DNA of 44,185 nt from a virus. Its lineage: Duplodnaviria > Heunggongvirae > Uroviricota > Caudoviricetes. Below are positions 35,373 to 42,873 of the stretch, one piece after another; within the stretch, counting starts at the first letter, position 1; the number at the start of each line of letters is the position of its first letter. The stretch lies in IMG/VR virus record IMGVR_UViG_3300045988_018548; one strand, 5' to 3'. A program made the position numbers and the translations under genes. The notes under the pieces are model-generated. The model did not search any database. It was not told the origin of the DNA and saw only the letters and a list, made by a program, of their open reading frames with translations.

Positions 35373-35604
35373 GGGTAATCACCTCCGATTTCGTCTTGCC
35401 TTCGTTGTCCGCGGCTGCGGCCTTTGATTCGTCCTGCTGCTGCCGTTGTGTTTTCTTAGCTAACTCAGCCTGTGCTTTCTGCTGTTGCTGCGAAACGAGA
35501 TTCGCCCGGCCTTCGTTCCAGCCGGCGCGATACTGGTAGATGCCGTGTGCGTAAGCCAGGATGATGAAACATGCCCCCGCTACGACAGTCGCTTTAAGAT
35601 TCAT
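35218..35604 (-). CDS. i-spanin (Rz-like)
   Basis: 128 aa; N-terminal TM helix VVAGACFIILAYAHGIY then Gln/Lys/Ala-rich coiled coil. Confidence 0.65.
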   Translation of the reverse strand: MNLKATVVAGACFIILAYAHGIYQYRAGWNEGRANLVSQQQQKAQAELAKKTQRQQQDESKAAAADNEGKTKSEVITREVVKYIKTPGRSVCTFDHERVQLKSRAVANANSIPGYDDDAAAVQTGPAK

Positions 35605-35628
35605 GTTTCTCCTTTCTCGATAAGTAAA

Positions 35629-35648
35629 GCCCCGCCATAAAGCGGGGC
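35629..35648 (-). terminator. minus-strand terminator (gccccgc-cataaa-gcggggc then U-rich)
   Basis: 7-bp GC stem; minus transcript continues UUUACUUAUC; lies between head genes and spanin start. Confidence 0.5.
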
Positions 35649-35714
35649 GCTAGTCCTTATCATTTAAACATAGAAACGGCGTAATCTCAGTAAACCAGTT
35701 ACTTTTTACACAAG

Positions 35715-35857
35715 CAATAGAGTACGGCCCTTCCGAACGCGTCAGCGTAACTACACTCAGGACTTACGTCCCGCTCCGTTACCTGCCCGCGCCGCGGTCG
35801 CTTGTTCATACTTCACAAGCTCAGGTGGAGCTTATCATATTTTTAGTGAAAAGTCAA
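35715..35857 (+). repeat. ~143-bp intergenic element, copy B (paralog of 4397..4540)
   Basis: Aligned by eye to copy A; hairpins ggac-ttac-gtcc and aagct-caggtgg-agctt at matching positions. Confidence 0.8.
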
Positions 35858-35870
35858 CTATTCGAATAGT
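35857..35870. promoter_or_regulatory. perfect 14-bp palindrome ACTATTCGAATAGT (operator-like)
   Basis: Self-complementary; half-sites match the AATAG/CTATT dyad in promoters. Confidence 0.5.
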
Positions 35871-35923
35871 TTATTCTAACATTTACAATTACGAAGAATA
35901 ACTGGAATACGTAAACAAATAGT

Positions 35924-35957
35924 TTGCAGACACCAATATAATAGGGTACTATTCACT
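35924..35957 (+). promoter_or_regulatory. class II conserved promoter motif (TTGCAG-N17-TACTAT)
   Basis: TTGCAGACACCAATATAATAGGGTACTATTCACTCA, about 25 bp upstream of ATG 35982. Confidence 0.55.
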
Positions 35958-35981
35958 CACACCAACAAGAGGCGAGAAGAA

Positions 35982-36233
35982 ATGATTACGAAACCAGCAA
36001 AACATCGTGTACAGGACCTTGGTTCCTTTCTTAAAAAAGAGTATGAACAGGCTGAATTACGCGGCGATATTTCGGCGTATATTGAGCTTCAGCAGATGCA
36101 ACTGGACGCGCAAGAAGACGGGGATATGTCTCTATCCGCCGCGCTCGGTAGAAGTATGCGCCAGATTCGTGAAAAGTATAACCAAAACGTCTGGAATAAA
36201 GAGATTAACTTAACCCAAGAGACTGGGTATTGA
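35982..36233 (+). CDS. small hydrophilic protein, lone rightward gene inside late region
   Basis: 83 aa with own promoter and terminator; RBS AGAGG. Confidence 0.45.
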   Translation: MITKPAKHRVQDLGSFLKKEYEQAELRGDISAYIELQQMQLDAQEDGDMSLSAALGRSMRQIREKYNQNVWNKEINLTQETGY

Positions 36234-36237
36234 AACT

Positions 36238-36259
36238 AAGGCCCCGTAAGGGGCCTTTT
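36238..36259. terminator. bidirectional terminator aaggcccc-gtaa-ggggcctt + TT
   Basis: Perfect 8-bp GC stem between convergent genes. Confidence 0.65.
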
Positions 36260-36260
36260 A

Positions 36261-36722
36261 TCATTCTGGTTTAGTGACCTTCGCCGCCTTGCTCACCGCC
36301 TCTACCCCATCGGCATCAGTAACTTTAACGAAGTATTCACCGACCGCATTAACCGTCAGTGACGAGGCCTCTTCCGGGGCGTTTACAACTTCCTTACCGT
36401 CTTTGTACCAGGTCAGCGCGTACGGGGCTTTACCCGCCTTAACTTCAACAGTGATAATTGCGCTGCCGTCCACCAGTTCGGTGCCTTGCGGTTGTACGGA
36501 GAAATACACATCGCCAGCATCGGCCAGATACGGAATTTCATAAAGCATACCTGCCGCGGAGAGTGCGATACCGGTTTTATCCGCGTACGGCATCTCGTCT
36601 ACAGGTGTACCTAGTACACTTTCATCTTCAACGTAGGTTACGTTCTCGCCGGAGCCAGACACACGAGCGTACTGGACTACGCGACGCGACGGCACATCAG
36701 TTACTTTGAAAAAGCCCATCAT
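36261..36722 (-). CDS. Ig-like (Big_2-type) domain protein
   Basis: 153 aa; C-terminal ITVEVKAGKAPYALTWYKDGKEV ... GEYFVKVTDADG; start overlaps stop of head morphogenesis gene (TAATG). Confidence 0.5.
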   Translation of the reverse strand: MMGFFKVTDVPSRRVVQYARVSGSGENVTYVEDESVLGTPVDEMPYADKTGIALSAAGMLYEIPYLADAGDVYFSVQPQGTELVDGSAIITVEVKAGKAPYALTWYKDGKEVVNAPEEASSLTVNAVGEYFVKVTDADGVEAVSKAAKVTKPE

Positions 36723-38614
36723 TAATCCCCTTTCAGATAATCAGCAACACGTTTATCGAGTTCCGCCATCTGCTTAAGCGTGAGCGGATTCCCGAAACCA
36801 TCTACAGATATTACGCGAAACTCTTCCGGTGATATACCGCTGTTACGGAAAATCTTACCGCGAACAGGGCCGAGCGCCTGGTCCTGAAACCACGCAGGTT
36901 GTTGTTTGAGGAACTCATAATAGGTGGTGTCTGCACTTACCTGCATACCACCGTCCGCACCCTTAGCCGCGCGTTTTGCGCCTTTATCGAGGAAGTCGAA
37001 CTCAGAACTGATTACTGGCGCGGTTGTTGAGCGACAATTATGTGCTATAATTCCATTTGCGAGATACCAGTTCTGTTCATTTTCGAGGTTATAAACATGC
37101 CCGCAAAAATCAGCTTCACTAAAGACCAAATCGACAACATCATCAAGCTCTATACCGACGGCATCGGACCAGTTGAAATCGGAAAGATTATCGGCGTTTC
37201 GTGTAACCCAGTCATACGCGTTCTCAGAGAGAACGGCGTTAGTATTCGCGGTGTCAGCGACGCTATGTTTATCAGAATGGCTAAAGCTACTCCCGAGGAG
37301 CGCCTCGCTCTCTCCGCCGCGGCGCATGAAGCTGTCCGAGGGAGAAAGGCCGACCATGCTGAACTGCTTCGCAGAGCCAAAGCCAGAGAGGGAGTCATAA
37401 ATGCGGGAAGCCACTGGGAGTTCCTTGTCAATGATTTGCTTATTCAGTCCGGACTTGACTTTATCCCAGGAAAGGCGGTTGACAAGTACAATCTCGACTT
37501 CGCCGTCGGTTCCGTCGCCGTGGAAGTCTTCGGTGGTGGTTGGGCTTGTACGGACCGCCGCAGGATTGACCGCTACATTAGCCGCACTAAACAAATCGGA
37601 GAACTTGGCTACAACGTTGTGTTCCTTATGCTTGAGAGAGAGCGCAGAGTCCTTAGCGCACACGAGCTTGTCGCCTACATTGAGAAGGCCGGAAGCAACC
37701 CAACCATTGGTAGTCAATACCTGGTGGTTTGGGGTGATAGACAAGGTGCGACCGGACCTTGTAGAGACATAGACTATAGTGCCTTTGTACGCCCGTTTAA
37801 AAATGTTAGAAACCGGACTACCGGTAGATACTACAGTATCCCCAAGTAAGCAATTATGATGGGCCGGAGGCATCGGCCCTTTACCGATTTCCCACGTCAT
37901 CCTGTCTCTGGCTCTGCAAATCGTACTGGTACGGCTGTCCAGCGTTGATACCCACTCGTATTTCTCGATGATGTCGTCGTTCTGGCGGTACGTCTCGTTA
38001 CGGGCTTCGTTGGATACATGAGACAGCGCGGTGCGGATTACTGTAGCCGCGTTACGTTCTGAGATGTCGGCCAGCCCACCAGAGCCTACGACATTCTTAA
38101 CAATCTGCCGTGTGGTTTGACCTTGTACAAAGCCCATCTTAACTCCAGTTACGAGGCGGGCGACTTCGGTTTCACCCCAACCAGACATCAATTTAGTGAA
38201 GTCAACAGGCTTGTCGTTTAACGATAATGGCTGAAAATCGGCGGCGGCCCACACCTGTTCGGCGGTAGGCGTAACAAATTCCGCGTTAACGTTGGCGGTT
38301 AGTGTCTTTACGTTCCACTCAGCCTCGTATGCCGCCAGTTCCTTAAGGTCTTCTGTCAGCTTTGTTTGCCAATCGCCGGTAAGTCCGGTTAGCGCTTCTT
38401 CAAGGTCGAGTAACAGTTTATTCAGTCGCGCAGTGCTCCGCCCGTCATCACCGAATAACAGCACCTGCCGTTTTATTTCATCCCGCATCTCCTTAATGAA
38501 CGGTGCGAGGTCTTTCACCTCACCGGATGCGGTGCGTTGCAGCCATATCTGATGGCTGATGAGTGATGTAAGTAAGCTCATAGTTAAACCCTGTGGTGCT
38601 AAAGTTAATAGCAT
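36722..38614 (-). CDS. head morphogenesis protein (phage Mu F / SPP1 gp7-like) containing an intein
   Basis: 630-aa precursor; exteins join to ...STICRARDRMTWEIGKGPMPPAHHN-CRSTTAP..., matching the H-x-N-C-R signature of this family; located between portal and capsid genes. Confidence 0.75.
   Translation of the reverse strand: MLLTLAPQGLTMSLLTSLISHQIWLQRTASGEVKDLAPFIKEMRDEIKRQVLLFGDDGRSTARLNKLLLDLEEALTGLTGDWQTKLTEDLKELAAYEAEWNVKTLTANVNAEFVTPTAEQVWAAADFQPLSLNDKPVDFTKLMSGWGETEVARLVTGVKMGFVQGQTTRQIVKNVVGSGGLADISERNAATVIRTALSHVSNEARNETYRQNDDIIEKYEWVSTLDSRTSTICRARDRMTWEIGKGPMPPAHHNCLLGDTVVSTGSPVSNIFKRAYKGTIVYVSTRSGRTLSITPNHQVLTTNGWVASGLLNVGDKLVCAKDSALSLKHKEHNVVAKFSDLFSAANVAVNPAAVRTSPTTTEDFHGDGTDGEVEIVLVNRLSWDKVKSGLNKQIIDKELPVASRIYDSLSGFGSAKQFSMVGLSPSDSFMRRGGESEALLGSSFSHSDKHSVADTANTNAVLSENAYDWVTRNADNLSDFNWSDAVGIELDDVVDLVFSEADFCGHVYNLENEQNWYLANGIIAHNCRSTTAPVISSEFDFLDKGAKRAAKGADGGMQVSADTTYYEFLKQQPAWFQDQALGPVRGKIFRNSGISPEEFRVISVDGFGNPLTLKQMAELDKRVADYLKGD
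37024..37051 (+). promoter_or_regulatory. extended -10 promoter (TTGTTG-N16-TGcTATAAT) inside the intein, plus-strand
   Basis: Perfect TATAAT at 37046..37051 with TG at 37043..37044; 45 bp upstream of GAGGT RBS (37085..37089) and ATG 37097. Confidence 0.45.
37037..37852 (-). other. intein (272 aa, Hint splicing domain) within the head morphogenesis gene
   Basis: Begins CLLGDTVV (block A), TPNHQVLT (block B), ends VYNLENEQNWYLANGIIAHN followed by Cys (blocks F/G); no in-frame LAGLIDADG or HNH module seen. Confidence 0.8.
37097..37849 (+). CDS. HTH + DUF559/Vsr-like (PD-(D/E)xK-fold) endonuclease-like protein, encoded antisense within the intein
   Basis: Track ORF 37040..37849, start revised to ATG 37097 with GAGGT RBS; N-terminal HTH-like GPVEIGKIIGVSCNPVIRVLRENG; core YNLDFAVGSVAVEVFGGGW ... 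DRRRIDRYISRTKQIGELGYNVVFL resembles DUF559; balanced K/E/D/I composition unlike shadow ORFs. Caveat: same codon register as the minus-strand gene. Confidence 0.5.
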   Translation: MPAKISFTKDQIDNIIKLYTDGIGPVEIGKIIGVSCNPVIRVLRENGVSIRGVSDAMFIRMAKATPEERLALSAAAHEAVRGRKADHAELLRRAKAREGVINAGSHWEFLVNDLLIQSGLDFIPGKAVDKYNLDFAVGSVAVEVFGGGWACTDRRRIDRYISRTKQIGELGYNVVFLMLERERRVLSAHELVAYIEKAGSNPTIGSQYLVVWGDRQGATGPCRDIDYSAFVRPFKNVRNRTTGRYYSIPK

Positions 38615-38624
38615 ACTATAAGAA

Positions 38625-38640
38625 AGCCCCTTTCGGGGCT
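38625..38640 (-). terminator. stem-loop agcccc-tttc-ggggct, U-rich on minus strand (possible attenuator between portal and head genes)
   Basis: Hairpin with A-run on plus-strand 5' side. Confidence 0.4.
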
Positions 38641-38650
38641 ATATGTGAAC

Positions 38651-40132
38651 TTACGGCTGAGTGGTGTCCTGTTGTTGCGCCGACTGCGGAATCTCTCCCG
38701 CCACCTGAGCAACAGCACCCAACGGCAGAGGTGCGTCTTCGATAGCGTTCTGGATATCCTCGTCTGTCCAGTCAGTTACCCCGGCCTTGCGCAACGCAGC
38801 ATAGTAGGCCGTAGCCGGTAACAGGCCTGCGTTAATATCCGCCATCCACTGAGCGCGGTCCTGAGCTGTCATAGGTTGCAGGAAGAACTCCATATTCAGC
38901 TTGAACTCAATCTCTGTGTCTTCGCGCAACCCTAGCATCGCAGCTACCCAGCGCAACGCATCTGTATACGCCATACTTACGTTACGTGCGATTGTCGCCA
39001 TAACTGAGGTGTCAGCGCCGCGTTGCAGTCGGGCAGATTCAGCGGTGATTTGCTGCGTCGGGGTAATAAGCTGCGCACCAATCTGGATGGCCTGATTCTC
39101 TTTATCCAGCATGTTCTGCTTGGCGAGGTTGTTCTCGCCGGCCTGAACCAGAAACGCATTGCCGCCGTAACCGATGTTATGACCTGAACGCGACCCCATG
39201 CGCACGCCGTGTGGGTTAGCTTCTTTCCACTGTTCCATGCTCATGTTCTCGCCCGGGGCAATGAACAGAGTGGGCTGGCCTACAACGAAGCTGGACTCCT
39301 CATTGTCCGCGCTGTTGCGGAAATGTCCGATATTGAGCTCAGCCAACGGTAGCAAAGGCGCATCGTCGATGGTTGCGTCGTTGTTGCTCGCCCCAATGAA
39401 CGTGAAGGGGATTTTGCCGCGCAACTGTTCGCCAAGTTCCGGGAATATTTCGATTACTTCACCCTGAGCACCACCTCCGGCATCGAAGCGGTAAATGCGC
39501 TGGCGGTAGCGCCCGTCAATCAAATCGAGAACGCGATACTGCTCACCGAACTTTGTTTCGAACTCTGCACCCGGTTCTGAGTATTCCCATACTTCGCGCA
39601 ACACGACCATTGTCACGCGGTTAACTGAACCAACGCGAGTTAGTCGCCAGTTGATGATGTTCTCTGCGGTATAGAAAGCGATGACCGGGTTTAGTAATCC
39701 CGCGTTCTGTTCTGCCGCCGTTGCCGCGGCTGTCTCCGGGGCGTCCACCAGCAACCCGCCACGACCAACCGAGTCAATCTCCATTAGCGTATCCTGCGCG
39801 TGCTGCCACAGCCCGACACCAGAACCATCGGCGTTACGTAACAGGTACTCCAGTTCAGGCGGAATAATCTGTTCAGGGTCTTTGCGCATCACCGACCCCA
39901 CCATCCCCGCCAGGGTACGTTTAGTGAAGTTGTAGCAGATAGCACCATTCTCGTATTCTTCCTGGCGCTGCGCCGCGTAGGCCGGGTCGGGTTCGTTCTT
40001 CCCGACGTTGCGCAGATAGCGAATAAGGTCACCTTCCAGCGCGTGGCGTACCTTCTGCCATTTATTGAAGTGATGCAGCCATTCCCGGTGTTTTGTCTTA
40101 ACACCCTGATTCTGACCGTTCATTGTTAACAT
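38651..40132 (-). CDS. portal protein
   Basis: 493 aa, immediately downstream of large terminase, acidic C-terminus; assigned mainly by position and size. Confidence 0.65.
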   Translation of the reverse strand: MLTMNGQNQGVKTKHREWLHHFNKWQKVRHALEGDLIRYLRNVGKNEPDPAYAAQRQEEYENGAICYNFTKRTLAGMVGSVMRKDPEQIIPPELEYLLRNADGSGVGLWQHAQDTLMEIDSVGRGGLLVDAPETAAATAAEQNAGLLNPVIAFYTAENIINWRLTRVGSVNRVTMVVLREVWEYSEPGAEFETKFGEQYRVLDLIDGRYRQRIYRFDAGGGAQGEVIEIFPELGEQLRGKIPFTFIGASNNDATIDDAPLLPLAELNIGHFRNSADNEESSFVVGQPTLFIAPGENMSMEQWKEANPHGVRMGSRSGHNIGYGGNAFLVQAGENNLAKQNMLDKENQAIQIGAQLITPTQQITAESARLQRGADTSVMATIARNVSMAYTDALRWVAAMLGLREDTEIEFKLNMEFFLQPMTAQDRAQWMADINAGLLPATAYYAALRKAGVTDWTDEDIQNAIEDAPLPLGAVAQVAGEIPQSAQQQDTTQP

Positions 40133-40144
40133 TGAATAATCCTC

Positions 40145-41395
40145 TTAAAGTGCGAAAGTCACCGGGATGTTGATTACGGGTTTAACCACCGGCATCTCGT
40201 AAACTACAGGATAGCCGAGAGCATCCGCCATATGGTCAATGACGCCATCTTTAGCTGGCTCCCCGTTATCGTCGTATGCCTGCTGCTCCAGCGTCTTCGC
40301 TATCTCAGGGCATAAGTGGTCGTTAACCCACAGCTTACCTTTTTCCAGCGCGGTATTCACCGCTAAAACACGGTCTTTAACAGGGGGGTTGGCGGATTTA
40401 GCGCGAACATCAAACCCTGCCTGCTGTAGTAACGCGATATCGGAGATTGACGCCGAGTTGGTTTTGCGGTTCTTGCCGCTGGCGTCCGGGTAAACGACGA
40501 TGCGGTGGCCTTGCGACTTCCACTTCTCAGTAATAACACGCACGGTGTCCGGCGTGTCAAACAGGCCCTTCAGTTCCGCCACCGCGTGCCAGCCGTCTTT
40601 ACGTTGCACATACACAGCGCTGGCGTTCTTTGTAACGTTGAAGTCCTGCCCGATGTACAGTGTATCGCCCGGCTGAATTGTCTCTTTACTGCGGTGCTTG
40701 CGACGGTCATAGGCGTAATACACGCTGCCGGATGTCAGGTTGACGAACTCACCGTTCAGATACGCGTTAATCAGTTGCGCCGGGTAAGTCTCGGTCAGCG
40801 AACTGATGTAATCCGGTGGCAGGAATCGCGCATTCTCGTGTGTGGAAGCCTGCACCATCGAGTAACTCGGTGTTGGATTCTCTTTGAACTTGGCATAGAC
40901 GAACTTGAACCCTTCCGGCGTCGTGGTGACAGAGATGTGGTTAATTACACCGGGGATAACCAGACGCATACGGGCTACTATTTTGTTCCACGCCAGCTCG
41001 GCTTTCTCGCGGCTCAGTACATCCAGCTCATCCACGACCGCAGCAGCGATTTTGAAACCTACGATAGAGCCAGGGTTATCCATCGAACGGCAGATAACCG
41101 TTCCTAGCACCGTCTTACCGCGAGTAACCACGACTTCTTTGTCGCCGGATTTAACCAGCACATCAAGGCCGAGCAGGTTAGCCGCTTCCTCGAATGTCGG
41201 GTAGAAGATGTCACGGATAGCCGGGTAGGTCGGGCCGAAGTAGCCAAGGCGCGTACCAGGGTGCTTGAGCATAAACGTAAGCAGGTCAAGGCAGCCAACA
41301 AATGTCTTGCCACTACCGAAGCCGCCGACGTATGCCTTGTATTTATTGTCACAATTCAGGAACAGTGCCTGAGGGGCCGATAGCTGAATACTCAT
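40145..41395 (-). CDS. terminase large subunit
   Basis: 416 aa; Walker A YVGGFGSGKT; Walker B-like AAVVDELD; nuclease-domain acidic residues in C-terminal half. Confidence 0.85.
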   Translation of the reverse strand: MSIQLSAPQALFLNCDNKYKAYVGGFGSGKTFVGCLDLLTFMLKHPGTRLGYFGPTYPAIRDIFYPTFEEAANLLGLDVLVKSGDKEVVVTRGKTVLGTVICRSMDNPGSIVGFKIAAAVVDELDVLSREKAELAWNKIVARMRLVIPGVINHISVTTTPEGFKFVYAKFKENPTPSYSMVQASTHENARFLPPDYISSLTETYPAQLINAYLNGEFVNLTSGSVYYAYDRRKHRSKETIQPGDTLYIGQDFNVTKNASAVYVQRKDGWHAVAELKGLFDTPDTVRVITEKWKSQGHRIVVYPDASGKNRKTNSASISDIALLQQAGFDVRAKSANPPVKDRVLAVNTALEKGKLWVNDHLCPEIAKTLEQQAYDDNGEPAKDGVIDHMADALGYPVVYEMPVVKPVINIPVTFAL

Positions 41396-41937
41396 TCCTC
41401 TACCTCACCCATATTCGTTGTTACGATTTTACCTACAGGCTCCGCGACACTGAAAACAATCTCCGTCGGGGCGGTTTCTTCTGTCGATTCAACAGGTTTC
41501 TCTTTACTAAGGCCCAGCTTAGCGGCAGCAAACGTAGCAGAGATGCCGGCGGCCCCTGTCTCGGTGAAATACGCCTCTTCCAGTGCCTGTGCTGTTTCAT
41601 AGGCTTCCGCAAATGCGGGAATCTCACGCAGCCACAGCTTAATAATCGGGATAGTGACGCCTATGTGTAAGGCGAATCGGGCCAGTGACGGTGGTTTATC
41701 CTGAATCAACGGGCGTTCATCACCCTTGGACGTAGGCACAAGTTCCCACGACGTGCGGTCGAAGAACTCGATTAACGCGTCGCAATAGTCCGGGTCCCAC
41801 AGCGCGGCGGAATTACGGGATGATTGATAAAGGCTCTGTTTACCGCGCGGTCGTTTACGGCGACGATTTGCGCTAACAGCTTCTTCATGTGCAGCTTGCA
41901 CCACCTCTGGCGATGGCCGCTTAAGTTTCAGCTTCAT
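41392..41937 (-). CDS. terminase small subunit (putative)
   Basis: Track ORF 41392..41976; start ATG 41937 after AGGGGA; HTH-like SLARFALHIGVTIPIIKLWLREI; ATGA overlap with large terminase. Confidence 0.5.
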   Translation of the reverse strand: MKLKLKRPSPEVVQAAHEEAVSANRRRKRPRGKQSLYQSSRNSAALWDPDYCDALIEFFDRTSWELVPTSKGDERPLIQDKPPSLARFALHIGVTIPIIKLWLREIPAFAEAYETAQALEEAYFTETGAAGISATFAAAKLGLSKEKPVESTEETAPTEIVFSVAEPVGKIVTTNMGEVEE

Positions 41938-41977
41938 AGAATCCCCTTTCGTATGCGTCTGACCATCAGAGCGCACC

Positions 41978-42031
41978 AGACGCGCCCTACGCGTCTAAAG
42001 GGATTATATAAGTGGATTGGGTGGGATGTAC
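41978..42031 (-). promoter_or_regulatory. putative late promoter (perfect minus-strand TATAAT at 42003..42008, weak -35) plus leader inverted repeat 41978..41996
   Basis: Lies between the upstream terminator and the terS start; 19-nt hairpin AGACGCG-ccctac-GCGTCT in leader. Confidence 0.4.
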
Positions 42032-42036
42032 AGAAA

Positions 42037-42054
42037 AGCCCTCCATAGAGGGCT
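42037..42054 (-). terminator. minus-strand terminator (agccctc-cata-gagggct then UUUUCUG)
   Basis: 7-bp stem, U-rich tail on minus transcript, at end of the leftward early operon. Confidence 0.55.
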
Positions 42055-42113
42055 TGTATCAGTTATATAGGCCGCGTCGCGGTGCTCTCTTACCATCGCC
42101 GCCGTAATGGTCG

Positions 42114-42386
42114 TTAGCTACGGCTATAGTCCAGGCATTCGGAAAGACTAAAAGTTGCATTAAATTCCTCAAGGTCTATTTTACGAATACATGGTGAAAA
42201 GCAATCAGCGAAAACCAACTCACCAGAATCAATAACGACGAATCGCCAGCCTTTGAATATGTTCTCGGAAATACCCTCCGCAACTTCGCGCACATTAGGC
42301 ATGTGTTCTGGGAAATCGTGGAAGTTTCTGGACAAAAATTCAAGGGCCTCACACCGGTTTATGTGGTAGTTATCATATTCAATCAT
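42114..42386 (-). CDS. hypothetical early protein
   Basis: 90-aa ORF, last gene of leftward early operon. Confidence 0.4.
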   Translation of the reverse strand: MIEYDNYHINRCEALEFLSRNFHDFPEHMPNVREVAEGISENIFKGWRFVVIDSGELVFADCFSPCIRKIDLEEFNATFSLSECLDYSRS

Positions 42387-42619
42387 TCCCCGCTCTCCTC
42401 TTTAGCAATTCGTAGCTCAGTTTTAGTGATACCACGGCGCGTGAATAACACCGGGCTTGTCTTAACGTGCGTCATGAGACGATTGTTATAAATTACATGG
42501 CGCTCGCAATCGACGTCTTTGCTGTACTTCGCAATCGTCATTTCATTGAGTCCAGTTTGTCGGCATGTCTCCGCCATCGTGCCAAATTCTTTAATCAGGT
42601 TCGGAATGCTGGTAATCAT
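42383..42619 (-). CDS. small HTH-like early protein
   Basis: Track ORF 42383..42643; start ATG 42619; GTMAETCRQTGLNEMTIAKYSK looks like an HTH. Confidence 0.4.
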   Translation of the reverse strand: MITSIPNLIKEFGTMAETCRQTGLNEMTIAKYSKDVDCERHVIYNNRLMTHVKTSPVLFTRRGITKTELRIAKEESGE

Positions 42620-42786
42620 CCTAAAAAATTCCTCGTTGTCCACATCGCATTCGGATATTTGTTATCGCGGTCCTGCACTACGGCAATCATGTTTCCGTGT
42701 TGCACCAGGCAGAAGTGCCGTTGCTGTTCGCCGTTGTAGCGACGCCAGATTGCTTCCTCGATTGCTGCGTTAATGTCACTGAACAT
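42616..42786 (-). CDS. small hypothetical early protein
   Basis: 56-aa ORF (not in track), overlapping starts and stops with neighbours. Confidence 0.3.
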   Translation of the reverse strand: MFSDINAAIEEAIWRRYNGEQQRHFCLVQHGNMIAVVQDRDNKYPNAMWTTRNFLG

Positions 42787-42873
42787 TAGTATCTACCCCA
42801 CAGAAATCCAACCAACAGCCCAATGAAGTAACTAAGACCGACCAGACCTATAACCACCTCAAGACTCATACTC

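Noticed and set aside
37040-37096. Track start codon (ATG 37040) for the plus-strand ORF in the intein
   Set aside because: These bases form the extended -10 element itself; the ATG at 37097 has a properly spaced GAGGT RBS and is the more plausible start
37037-37852. In-frame LAGLIDADG or HNH endonuclease domain within the intein
   Set aside because: No LAGLIDADG-like or H-N-H motif is visible in the minus-strand reading of the central region; it reads like a shadow of the plus-strand gene
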